A stretch of 64,000 nucleotides of DNA from Orbicella franksi (taxonomy: Eukaryota): assembly GCA_964199315.1 (NCBI GenBank), contig OZ116702.1:14694001-14758000 (forward strand), in the 5' to 3' direction. Under the pieces are notes generated by a model that worked only from the letters and a program-made list of their open reading frames with translations, was not told the origin of the DNA and made no database searches. A program made the position numbers and the translations under genes. The number at the start of each line of letters is the position of its first letter. Within the stretch, counting starts at the first letter, position 1. Positions 49,834 through 61,420 of this stretch are shown piece after piece.

Positions 49834-52794
49834 TTAAAAATAATAATAATTTAACTAATTCATCAATTATCTTCATTTACCCTATTAAGCTCCACGTTCT
49901 ATTTTATACTTTAGCAATGTGCTATTAACAGATTAAAATTTTGGCTAGTAATTGCAGTTATGAATTAGAGTAAAAAGGCCTTATTTAATATGTGCCAAGA
50001 AATGTTTTAGATCACTAAGTTTTGGAAGACTTTTGATTTGTTGTTACTTTACTTTATGTTTAGTTTTTAGGCTTTAAATGTAGATCATCGTAATAACAGA
50101 ATGCTATGTAATAAGTTTGTTGCACTTTTTTTGAAAACGAAAAAGAGTAACCAAAAATTACTGCTTTTGGAACGAAATTCGTAGCTATTAGTAAACTGTT
50201 GATAATTATTATTTACACATCCAATTTTATATTGTACAAAACTATAACAAATGATGAAATAAATTTAATGATTGAAAGATGTGAAGCAATGTGAAGCAAT
50301 TATTATCTTAATCACCATTAACATCATTATTTTTAATGGACGGAAATTAGAAAATTGAATGGGAGAGGGGGAGGAGAGGGCTGAGGTGAATTTGCGAGCT
50401 GCAAGCAATTTTTTGTTTTGCGTCATTTTTCCTACAGAGGAATGTTTTCGGGAAAACCCTGACACCTCCTTAGAAGAAAAAACAAACAATTTTACTGTGC
50501 TAATCTCTTGGCGCGAGAGTAGTTGCTTCTCCATCCACTCAAATTAAATAGCTCAGTTTTACCACTCGAAATATCTTGCCTTTGGAAAGAAAGCCAATTA
50601 AAATTTCGTTAAAATACATGCTTTCAAAAACCATTTCCATTTGAATTTTGTAATATAATTTTTTTTTCGGATGACATTGCTTTGCTCAATAATTCATTTC
50701 TTTTTCCACGTTTCCATGCTCTTGGTGCGATTCTCGTAGCCGTGTTTATTGTGACGCACAAATCGTGCAGCACCTATAATTCGTGCTTGTAAAACCCTCT
50801 CCTCCGCAGAGGCTTATTTGTGCCACTAAGAGGCTGGGAGAGAGAAAACAAAGCGCAGTCGCCTTTCTTTAAAGGGGGGACTGGTGGGAGGTTCTGCAGA
50901 ATAAAGAAGGGAGAGGTTTAAACAAGAGATATATAGGTTGAATCTACTTGAAAAAGATATATAGAAAATAAATCAATTAACAATATATTGAAAAAGATAT
51001 GTAGGTTGAATAAACTTGAAAAACTGGGTAGGGTAAACGACCGAGCACTTAGGTATGACATGTATTTATAACAAAGACCCTTCCGTAAGAAAGACTGCTC
51101 AATTTGATTGGTTTACTTAACACATTAAACGGGTCGTCTCACCCAAGATATGTTAATTACGCTAGACAGATGTTTTCAAAAGAAGACAAGAAGACACTCA
51201 CCATTATATCTAATTGAAGAAAAGTTGTCGTACAAGAGTGTAAGACCGTACGCTACAATACCGAAAGGTTGTGTGGGTAACGGTTGTTTGCCCTTGCTTG
51301 ATCGAAGCTCACAGTTTTAGCCAGAAGGAAGGAGAATCCATGAACATGCGTGCTCATGCTATCTCCCTCTATTGCGTAAAGCAGCGAGAACTTCGACCAA
51401 GCAGTGCTAGGGAAAATTCAATTGGCTAACTTGACAAAACTTTGTTTTTATTCAACCAAATTTAGCAATAGTTTTAGTGTGTAGGTGCAAAGTAGTTGAT
51501 GATGTCATCGGGACACGCCCAATATGTAACGTGACCTAGAACAAAATACTGAGTTTTATGCAAGAAACTTACAGTTTTATCCTTAGTTTGTAGTATCATG
51601 TCAACTCTTACGTTACTCTTAAGAATTATAAGCATGCGTTTTCCGTTAGCACGAAATATTGAAAATAAGGACAAAAATTGTTCCCCGCTGACCACCTTCT
51701 TGAATGCAATTTCTACACTTTTTTTAGATTTTAATAAAACGCTTGCCTACGTTTCAAGAAAAATGTATTTTTTTTTCGATTTAGGCTTTTTTCTTCCCGA
51801 GTAAAGTAGGAATTTTCGTCAGCACCTGAAGTAAAACTGAATGTTGACTGATTAGTTGAAAGCATCGTAATTGGCATTGCTGCAGTAAGTTGGCTTCCTC
51901 ATTGCTCACGTACGCTTTGATACATTTTTGGATGCGGCAAACTTTAATTACATCTTGCTTGTTTTCAAACAGCTTTAACAACGTTTACTGTAAGTCACTA
52001 TAAACTGCGTAAGATATTATCTTGCCTTTGTGTCTTACAGCAGTTTTCTTATGTCCTTTGTTCAATTTAAGTATGCTTTAATTTTTGCCCATGGCTTTCA
52101 TAGACTTCTGCAGTGAGCTGAGGGGGAAACCGCTCAAAACACGACCCGGTATAGAGTGATTTTCGCTTGACTTTGAAAAACAGTTTCCAGTTGTTAGCAT
52201 GTTTTCTAATACATCGCCAAAAGATGCATAACCTCAAAGTTCTTAAAGTTTTGTTTCCTTGCTGAATTTAAAATTAGATGATTACCTGATATGTTGAAAA
52301 GTTGTTTCATTCACCAATAGTTTTTGAGTTCAGAACAAACTGATTTCTCGCTGAAGGCGCCTTGTAGCACACCTAATATGGAAATGGTATGGTATTGTTG
52401 GAAAGACCAATCAAAATTGCTGTAAACTGGTGACGCTTACAAGAGAATATGGGAAGAACAGCTGAAAGGAAGCTAATGATTGGGATATTTCATTTGGATA
52501 TTTTCGATGGATTAGTCCGCAATTTTTGCATCTGGTATGCCGCACCAAATTTATACATTCCCTCTTTCTGGTTTTCTCTCCAGTCTGGCATTTCTCTGGC
52601 CAGTTTTTATCGCTCGAAGTTGCAAGAAATTAGAAAATCACTTGTATTAGTTCGCTGAAATGCGTTGCGTGTTCGCCGTCGTATCTGTTCGATAAACGAA
52701 ACAAAATGCAGGATTTTTTTTTCGTTTGTTATTTGCGTTCTGTTTGCTCTTTATCGACAGACGGGGATACTTAATTTAAATAATAATGACACGG

Positions 52795-53161
52795 CAGAAA
52801 GTATCGGTCAAGTGTCGGTCATGTATCGGTCAAGTGTCAGTCAAGTGTCGGTTAAGTATCGGTGAAGTGTCGGTCAATTGTCGGTCAAATATCGGTGAAG
52901 TATCGGTCAAGTATCGGTCGAGTATCGATGGACTAAGACTATATCGGTCGACATATTTATCGGTCGACAGTCGACCGATATATCGGTCGACTATCGACCG
53001 ATATATTGGTCGACTGTCGGCCAACTATTGGTCGACTATCGACCGATATATCAGTTGACTGTCGGCCAACTATTGGTCGACTATCGACCGATATATCGGT
53101 CGACTATCGGTCGACTGTTGACCGATATATCGACCGAGTCCACCTATAGTACACAAGATCC
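52795..53161. repeat. Right subterminal array and TIR of the Merlin
   Basis: GTATCGGTCAA 11-mers followed by TATCGGTCGA / TCGACCGATA copies. Confidence 0.9.
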
Positions 53162-53872
53162 GCTTTGTCTTTAGCGTGCCAAGGAAAACAATGGCTTTGA
53201 TCTTTATGAGGGAAGTGACTTACACGCAGCTACCGTGTTTTAACGTTTGAGTGTGCCATGTGCGTGTATTCACCTTATTCACTGTTTTCCCGTGAAGGGT
53301 CACATATGGAAAATAGTAAGAGAGAATGAACTGTCTGAATAATGAATTGAACACACGAACTATTGTTTTGTTACTGTTTAATGAGATTTAATGCAGTGAT
53401 TTCTTGTCATTACACATTGATACGTTATATGATCATGATTATTTTAAAGTACAGTGAGTTTTATTTTAAAATATCAGAGATAAACTAAAGCTATGATTCC
53501 ATGAAACGATTTAAAATAAACTGATTATAGCGAATTGTATGAATGATTGGGCACATTTTAGCATGAAGGAACATTTTAGAGCTGATCCGTACTAGCAACA
53601 AGTCTGTTTTTATAAGTTGCAGTGATTGACAGAATTTGTCAAACAAGTCACATCGCCAGTGTGGACGTAGTTTCGTCATGCAACAAGATTGTGCTGCGGC
53701 GAGCAAACTTCAAGGGTTCCATCGGCTTGCCTCTGAGGAACGCCATTAGCGACAAAACAAGTTAAAATAACAACTTTTGTATACATTACAAGATCTAAAT
53801 GTCAAATAAACGCTATGGAGTGCAGCATTAAATAAAAGGTAAGGTTACGCTTTCGCGTCTATTCCACGCAAA

Positions 53873-54497
53873 ATGGCAGATGGCAACTTTCCCTTTCCTT
53901 ATGCTGGAGATTTCTACTCTTCCAGAGTGGGTTTTGAAGAAGAAAATCGGCGTTTTATTCAGCCATTGTACCATCCCTTATCTAGTCAGCTGTCTAGTGT
54001 TCCATCTCAGGTCCAGTATGGCCACAATACTCAAAATACTGCAGATTTCTGGGGTAATTCTTCAAGCTCATCTGACTCACCACCGGTACCAGTAAACGAA
54101 GAAGAAGAAGAAAGCAAAGGAAGCCGAAGGTCCTACGACAAGTGGACTGAACCACAAGAGTGTTTCCTCACAGACTTGTCGGGAGAATATAACAATGAGC
54201 TGGAGAGTGTTCAAAGTCACTGATACTGGATAAAAATATTAGAGCGCTTAAACAACAGATTTCGGTCCTTGTGGTGTGTCAACCAGATCCAGCGCAAAAT
54301 CCACTATTTCAAAGCACAATTTAAAAAAGTGAACAACTGGAACAGAAAGCAGACAGGAGGTAATAGGAAGAGCTGCCCTTATTTTGACAAAATCAATGAG
54401 ATTATTGGCAAAAAGGACTCTGTAACATTTAAGCATGTTGTTTCACCAGGAAACCCAAGCCCCTCACTGCCCCAAGGGGATCAAGAGCAGCAAAGCA

Positions 54498-54529
<32 letters not shown>

Positions 54530-54862
54530 AGTGAGAGGCATGACGAGGAAAAAGGTGACGGAGACGATGAAGCGATAAAAGCAAAAGGAAAGGCTGCAAA
54601 GTAGACAAGAAGAGAGAGAAAATTCAAAAGATCTGCTAAGCCTTCCCTCAATGACAGTTTCAATGAAGAGGAGGAAACCAAGAGGGCCAAGAAATTTGAG
54701 AAGACCATGGAGAACCTGGAAAATCAAGGAGCTAAAATGGTGGATACAATGCAGAGTATAATGACCTCAATGGAGGCTGCTCAAACCCAACAAGTGCAGT
54801 TCATGGGGTAATTTATGAAGCTTTTTGCTGGTATGACAAAGCAAATTCAAAACAAGGATTGA
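53873..54862 (+). pseudogene. Harbinger Myb/SANT-like DNA-binding protein, disrupted
   Basis: KWTEPQE.FL.DL..EY.NELES, QIQRKIHYFKAQFKKVNNWNRKQTGGNRKSCPYFDKINEIIG; stops, and a (TAT)n expansion near 54500-54527. Confidence 0.8.
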
Positions 54863-55279
54863 TCGTGTGATCACGAGTAGATAACAAGTGAACTCAGCCT
54901 GACATTTAAGTTTTGTTCTGATAAACATTAAAGAGCCTTAAAACGGACTCTTGTGGGATAATTATGATGAAACTTGTTTGATTTTTTGTGGTTTTTTCCG
55001 AGCAATTGCAATAGTCATAAATGAGATCGTATGATTTCCTTCTGAAGATGTTTCAACTGGGAAGGGGTTCTTGATATATTATAACACAATATTGTAAGAC
55101 TTATGTGACACTTCAAAACATAATACAATTGAAAATCGCTTTAAAAAACAAAACGTTACTAGTTTCAGTGTCTGTATATCAGCACCACTGGCCAGGTAAA
55201 CTCTTACTTTTACAATCGGTTTACATAGTCCATTAGAATTTGTCTGACATGTTCTCCATCCCCAAATACATCATCATTA

Positions 55280-56480
55280 TCATCATCACTCCCATCATCA
55301 TCACCATCACTAGGAGGCTCATCCCAGAAATCACCAACCCGTATACAGAAATTACGAAGTACCAGACATGCTATGACTATCTTGCTGACAAAGCTAACCT
55401 TGCTGTCCAGACACTTGTGCAGTATTCACCATCTGCTTTTGATTAAACTGAATGCACACTCCACTTTGATACGGGCAGATGAGACTTCTTTGTTAAATTC
55501 TATCTCGTGGGGATCATTCGTCGTTTCAGGAAAGGGTTTTAACAGTCAGTTTGATAGAGGGTAGGCGCTGTCTCCAGCTAAATAGGGTCGTATGTCATTC
55601 CCACCAATTGTAACTGTTGGCCCTGTAAGAATCTCACAGTTTTCTGCACGAGTAAAAATATTGCTATTTCGCAACACTTGTGCATCGTGCATGCTACCCG
55701 GATAACCAGCTTGTACATCAACAAACGTCATAGTTCCATCCACTATTCCCTGTACAACAATGTCATGATCCTGGTATCGACTAAAGTAATTGGGCCCATT
55801 TTCTACTGGGGTTTTTATCTTAATGTGGGTGCCGTCTATAGCACTAACAACATTAGGCAAAGCAGACCACATTTGGAAACTTTCTCTTGCATCTATAATG
55901 TGTTACTCGGTTTCGGGAAACTTGATATATAAATTCTTCAGTTCTAAGAGAGCGTCAACAACATCTTCCACTGCCTCCAGTACTGTAGATCTCCCGACAT
56001 TGAAATTAGGACCTATAGCAACATAAGAGCTTCCATGTCCCAGTCTGTGAAGACCTATTGCCAGTATTTTCTCTGGGGATATGCATTTTCTCATTCCAGT
56101 GTCCTCTCTTGTTAGCTGTGGTCTCAGCTTGTTCAGCAAAAGCTTGAATGTCCTCTTATCAAGTCGAAGTTGCCTTCGGAAAAATGTTCCAGGAACATTC
56201 AGGTCTCTGTAGTGGATTTCAAACCACGGTTCTTGAGGCCTAGGAAGAGCCCAGTGGTATGGATGTCGTCGACGAAGTATTTGTCTTCTCCTCAGTCAAT
56301 CGTGATCTTCGTTTTCTTTAAGCAGCAGGGCCCTGTTCTGTAGTCGACTCATCTGATCTACACAGCTTAAGAGTAATGCTATCTGAAACTGGAGTGTGTG
56401 ATGCCACGAAAAAAAATAATATTAAAGAGCAAGAACACCAGAACAATCGATATTAGTTTCGTGAATTGGTGGTTGTCCAT
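55280..56480 (-). pseudogene. Harbinger DDE nuclease (HARBI1/DDE_Tnp_4-like) with premature stops
   Basis: FRRQLRL, ISPEKILAIGLHRLG, AIDGTHI, GYPGSMHDA, LAGDSAYPL, SARIKVECAF; stops at 55903-55905 and 55546-55548. Confidence 0.9.
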
Positions 56481-56952
56481 GGTTGAAACTCTAGTGGGCC
56501 TGATGTAAGGCAAAGCGTCACTGTCACGCTATCACGTTCGTTTTTCAACTTGATCTTGAATTAAGCAGCCGGTTGTCATGAAGTTGTCATTCACTTCAGT
56601 ACATGTGTGTACTGCAAATGCGGATCAAAAATTGCTACGATTTTGTCACGGTCATATTACATGACGCGCCATGCTTGCAACAACAAACAACTTAGTTGCT
56701 AGTGCGGATCGGCCCTTAGCATGGGTCCATTTTGGGACTTCCGGCTCAAAATATTTAATTCTCTTTTCAGCGAGAGGACGTGGATGTTATTGTTAGATAA
56801 CTGATAGTATCAAGTATCAATAGCATGCATACTTGCTATATATCGCGTGAATTTTCAGTTGCACCGTAGTTAGTCTGGTTAAAGGATCAGAGCATTATCT
56901 GCTGTAGTATAACCAAAATTTTCATTTAGAGTAGTAGAACCAAATTTTCATC

Positions 56953-58272
56953 ATGTTGATTGCACGATCTCTTCGCACCATGCCACGAGTTAATTACACA
57001 GCCCTACACTCAGGCTCAGGGATGTTCACGCCAGAACGGGCTACAGTTAATGAGAACGTTGCGTTGCTGAACACTGAGACCATCCGTACATCTGTTGGGC
57101 CCACTGCCATGGTGCAGGAAGACCTCTTGCCAGGTTCCTTTTCTGCATCGGCTGCTTCTCAGCTAGACGCCCTGACCTTAGAGGTGAAGAACCTGCAACA
57201 GGAGGTTGAATTGGCGAAGTTAACTTCTCAACAATGGGATAAGGAGCACGAGGTGTTATGTGCGAGTCAGGTTGCTTTCTCCCCATCTGAGGATTCACAG
57301 CTAGATGCCCTAACATTGGAAGCTCAGCACCTTCAAAAAGAGATTCATCAGGCGCAACTAGTTCAACAGCAGCGCCAAAAGGAGCGTGAGGTGTTACGCT
57401 TGTGATAGGAGTTATCTGCCTTGCAACGCGACAATTCCGGTGCCGATCGACAACGCCCAGAGGTGAAGGTGACTCCCACTCCATCTCTGGTTCTCAACGT
57501 CCTTAGAAAAGCGAGTAACCTATCCAGGAAAGTGGACAAGAAGTTGTCGACTTTAGGGTTGACTGCTGTGAGGCCTGGCTCCAGTTCAGGAGAGGACGAT
57601 GAACATTCGTCAGATGGTGAAGAATCAGACGCAGTCCGAAAGCAGCGGGGTAAGCAAGCACATCGCTTGAAATCAGGCAAAACAGCCAAAATAACTTCTC
57701 GTATCCATCATCCTCAAATTTGGCCACATAGCGAGCTTAGTTTGTTACATGTTAGTAAATATATTTCGTACGATGATTTGACAATCGAGGAATTTATGGC
57801 TGGATATTGTGCCATTCTGCGCTCTTCGTCGGTTTCCGCCGCCGAAATAGATGCCCGCATTTCACATCTACAGGATTTGATGTATTTAGCGATTCAACAT
57901 GAATGGTCCTCCGTTCGGGATTTTTACACCGTTGTTTTGCTAGAGATTGAACAGGGACATTTGCGCTGGGGCAATTCCTTTGCGCATTTGGAATGCCACT
58001 CCTTGCGTCTCCAGCCGCGATCTGGGATTACTCAACGATCAGCATCCATGTCATCATCTGCAGTGCTATTTTGTCAAGATTTTCAACAGAATTGTAAACA
58101 CACAAAGGATCATTACAGTACGATTCGTGGTGAGCAGAAATGGCTGCAACATGTGTGCGCTAAGTGCTGGATCAGCAATAGGCACGTGGCCCGACGTACT
58201 GAATTTTCGCCTGACTGCCCTTTGTCCTCCGGCTCTCCTGAATTAAAACAACCTACCTCCTCTACTTCATGA
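56953..58272 (+). pseudogene. Gag-like ORF1
   Basis: One frame interrupted by TGA TAG at 57403-57408. LKSGKT...QIWPH...YDDL...F.AGY..IL...HL..LMYLA...W..VR.F...VL.EIE.G...W, with a C-terminal Cys/His cluster and an internal repeat of about 46 aa. Confidence 0.75.
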
Positions 58273-58739
58273 CAGTTTGGGTCGCTCGTCAGGTCCAGAT
58301 GTTGCATCATTTCCAAAGTTCCTTGCTGACTTTTCTGCAATTCCTTTCACAGCTAGTGACAGTTTCATTTCGTATAATGTTTGTGACTATAGAGATAATC
58401 CAGATGTTCCGTTTTTGTCTGGTACTCGTGACCATATTGAGATGCGTGACTTAGAGATTCGAGTGATACGTATTTTGATGCTAGTTCTCCATTGACACTT
58501 GATCTGTCATCTTCTCCTGTCGTCCAGGACTCTTGTGTCAGTACCTTCACTTCTACAGCCTGTGTTGATTCTGTTTTTTCTGCTAGTGACAACCTTGAGT
58601 TCTCTCAAGACAGTGCCCATACCGACAATCACGACAGTATTCATCACTCGTCAAGTGTTGAGCGTGACTTTAGATTACCTTCTGTACTGATTGTTTACCT
58701 TTCGCTTATCCTGATTGGGTTTTGGTTTCTGGTCAGCGC

Positions 58740-60470
58740 TTTTCCACAGGCGTAGGAAACGGCTATTCTCTTCCGAGTACAGACAATGTTTGCTCACAAC
58801 TGCAAGACTAGCTGCTCACCCTCCATGAGGAGGTGTTTAGTTCTGGTCTTCCTAATTACAGTTCCTGTCATTGCCCAGTGCTCACTAACCTTAACATTCC
58901 AGAATGGCAGGAGTGTTTACAAGATTACCATGACCACATTGTGTGCGACTATTTGCAGTATGGGTGGCCTGTAAATTATGATTACGCTAGTTTTAATTTT
59001 CCTGTCAGTGATGACCGTACACACAAGGGCGCTTTAGAATTCCCTGATGTGGTTACTCGGTATTTGGACAGTGAAATCGCTTGTGGTGCAGTGGCTGGTC
59101 CTTTTGACACTGTTCCATTTTTGTCTGGGAAAATGGCACTTTCTCCTCTAAATTCTGTGCCTAAATCTGATCGTATGGAACGCCAAATCATTCTTGACCT
59201 TAGTTGGCCTTTCAGTACCTCCGTTACTGATGGCATTTCTTTGACCGAATATGATGCATTCCTTTCCATTTGGTCTATCCTGCTATTGACACTGTTGCTG
59301 CTTGTGTTGCTCGCCTTGGTTGTGGTTGTTATATTTATAAACGTGACTTGCATCGGGCATATCACCAGTTTCTGGTTGATCCTCGTGATTATCCTCTGCT
59401 AGGCTATACTTGGCAGGGTCATCTCTACTTTGAAACAGTTTTACTTATGGGGCTCCGCTCTGCAGCTACGGCCTGTCAGTGCATCACATCTGCGGTGTGC
59501 TACGTTTGTTCCGAGGCCGGTTTTACTGTTCTGAACTACATGGATGATTTTATGGGCGTGGAGGCAGCTTCTCGGGTGTGGAAGTCGTATTTTTATCTCG
59601 AAGATCTTTTGTCATGCTTGGGATTACACGAGTCCGTTTGAAAAGCCGTCCCTCCAGCGCAGAAAGTTACTTGTTTGGGTGCTGAGGGCAACACTTTAGA
59701 CATGACTTTATCAGTGGATTCTTCTCAGCTCGCCGCGCTACAGTCACTACTTCAGCTGTGGCTCACCAAGCGCATGTGTACTCGAAAGCAGTTGCAGTCG
59801 TTAGTTGGTCATCTTATGTTCGTGTCTTGTATTCTTGAACTTTTGCGGTGCTTGAAGGCACCTCATGATCATCTTCGCCTTACATCTGAGTTTAAGAAAG
59901 ATCTTCATTGGTGGTTACGTTTTCTTCCGCTTTATAACGGAGTTTCTCTTATTCCGACTTCACCATGGACATCACCAGATGCAGTTTTCTCCATGGACGC
60001 TTGTCTTTCAGGCTGTGGGGGTATTTCCTCCATGGCCTTCTTCCATTCTCCTTTCCCAGACAGTGTGCTACAGCGTTGCAGTGCAATTCATCACTTAGAG
60101 CTTCTGGTTATTATGGTAGCTGTGCGTCTGTGGGGTCATCTCTGGTCCGGACAACGCTTTCAAGTTTTTTTGTGACAATGAGGCCGTAGTGACGGTTTTA
60201 AACTCAGGTCGCACCAAGGATCCAGTCTTGCGCCTCAGTGTTTGTGTGAGATCTGGTTTTCGACTGCTCAGGCTCAGATCGAGTTACGCGCAGTGCATTT
60301 AACCTCTGAACACAATCGAGTTGCAGATTATCTGTCTCGTTGGCATCTTTCTGCTACTTACCGTGATTATCTTATTAACAATCATCTGCTTGAGGAATTA
60401 AAAGCTGAACATTTGTCCCCCGACGTCTTTGATTTTGTGGCTAACCTTGAGCCTTGTGTTTCATTTCAGT
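58740..60470 (+). pseudogene. RT and RNase H, frameshifted
   Basis: SPLNSVPK, RQIILDLSWP, KRDLHRAYHQ, MGLRSA, NYMDDFMG; RNase H MDACLSGCGG, HLELL, CDNEAVV, NRVADYLSR. Confidence 0.88.
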
Positions 60471-61420
60471 AGCTAAATTACACTGTCTGCCCAGACAGCT
60501 CCAGTTTACTCGATGTGCAGCTTACGCTGAAGGAACTCATAAAAATCACCAGACTCAGTGGAGAACATTTTTCTTGTTTTGTTTATATTTTGAGTTTTTG
60601 CCCCTTCCGGCCACGATAGATACTTTAGCTCTCTATGCTCAATTTATGAGTCGTTCATTGACTCCACCATCTGTACGAAATTATGTTAGTGGGGTTAAAC
60701 TGTTGCATGTAATTACCAGGCATTCAATATCTCAATTTACTAGTTACGAGTTACGTATCACCTTATGTGGATTAGAGCGTTTAGCCCAGCATGTTCCCTC
60801 TCGTGCACCCCCCATCACCCCTGCCATTCTTTGCAAGTTGGTGTCCCAGGTGAACCTTCAGGACCCTAGTCTTGTCTCCTATTGCGCTGCTTTTTTGTTC
60901 ACCCTTTTTCTGCTGACCAGGGTATCTAACATTGTTCCTAGGTCACGTAGCCGTATGCATGCTTCTTTTTGTCTAAGACGTTCCGATATTGTTTTTACTA
61001 CAGATGGGTTGTTAGTTACTTTTCATCGCACTAAAACTATTCAGTTTGGGCAACGGCACTTATCATTACCCTTGTTATCGATGCCGGGTTCTCCCATTTG
61101 TCCAGTACATGTTTTCCTTGGTGTGTTCCCATGTTCCTGCTCCTAGTGATTCCCCTGCATTTGTTTTACCGGGGGCCGGGGGAAAATTAGTCCCGATTGT
61201 TTAGTCTCAATTTGTCTCAGTCTTTCGTGACTTGTTATGACGCATGGAGATCCCTGATTCTGATCGTTTTCGCAGTCATTCTTTCCGTCGCGGCGCTGCT
61301 TTGTGGGCGTTTCATTTAGGGGTTCCTGGGGAGATCATTCAGGTTTACGGCGACTGGGCGTCCGATGCTTATAAATCATATTTAGAATTTCCTTTTCCGC
61401 CAAGCTTCAGCTTGCACAGC
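60454..61420 (+). pseudogene. Tyrosine recombinase, frameshifted
   Basis: Catalytic set R (TRVSN), K (RTKT), HxxR (HSFRRG), W (GDW), Y (AYKSY). Confidence 0.88.

Larger units (their letters stand above)
34160..53161. mobile_element. Giant Merlin (IS1595/ISXO2-like) DNA transposon, 19,002 bp
   Basis: TIR GGATC(A/T)TGTGTACTATAGGTGGACTCGGTCGATATATC at both ends, perfect 8-bp TSD GCTTTGTC (34152-34159 / 53162-53169), internal Merlin transposase exons, and subterminal arrays. Confidence 0.85.
53579..56715. mobile_element. PIF/Harbinger DNA transposon, structurally complete (3,137 bp)
   Basis: 21-bp TIRs GAGCTGATCCGTACTAGCAAC / GGGCCGATCCGCACTAGCAAC (3 mismatches), 3-bp TSD TTA (53576-53578 / 56716-56718), and two convergent genes. 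Confidence 0.92.

Noticed and set aside
51781-51981. Possible additional cargo exon in the Merlin
   Set aside because: An in-frame TAA follows the nearest acceptor, and there is no recognisable motif.
54464-54727. Poly-Ile / poly-Tyr ORFs
   Set aside because: Caused by the (TAT)n microsatellite.
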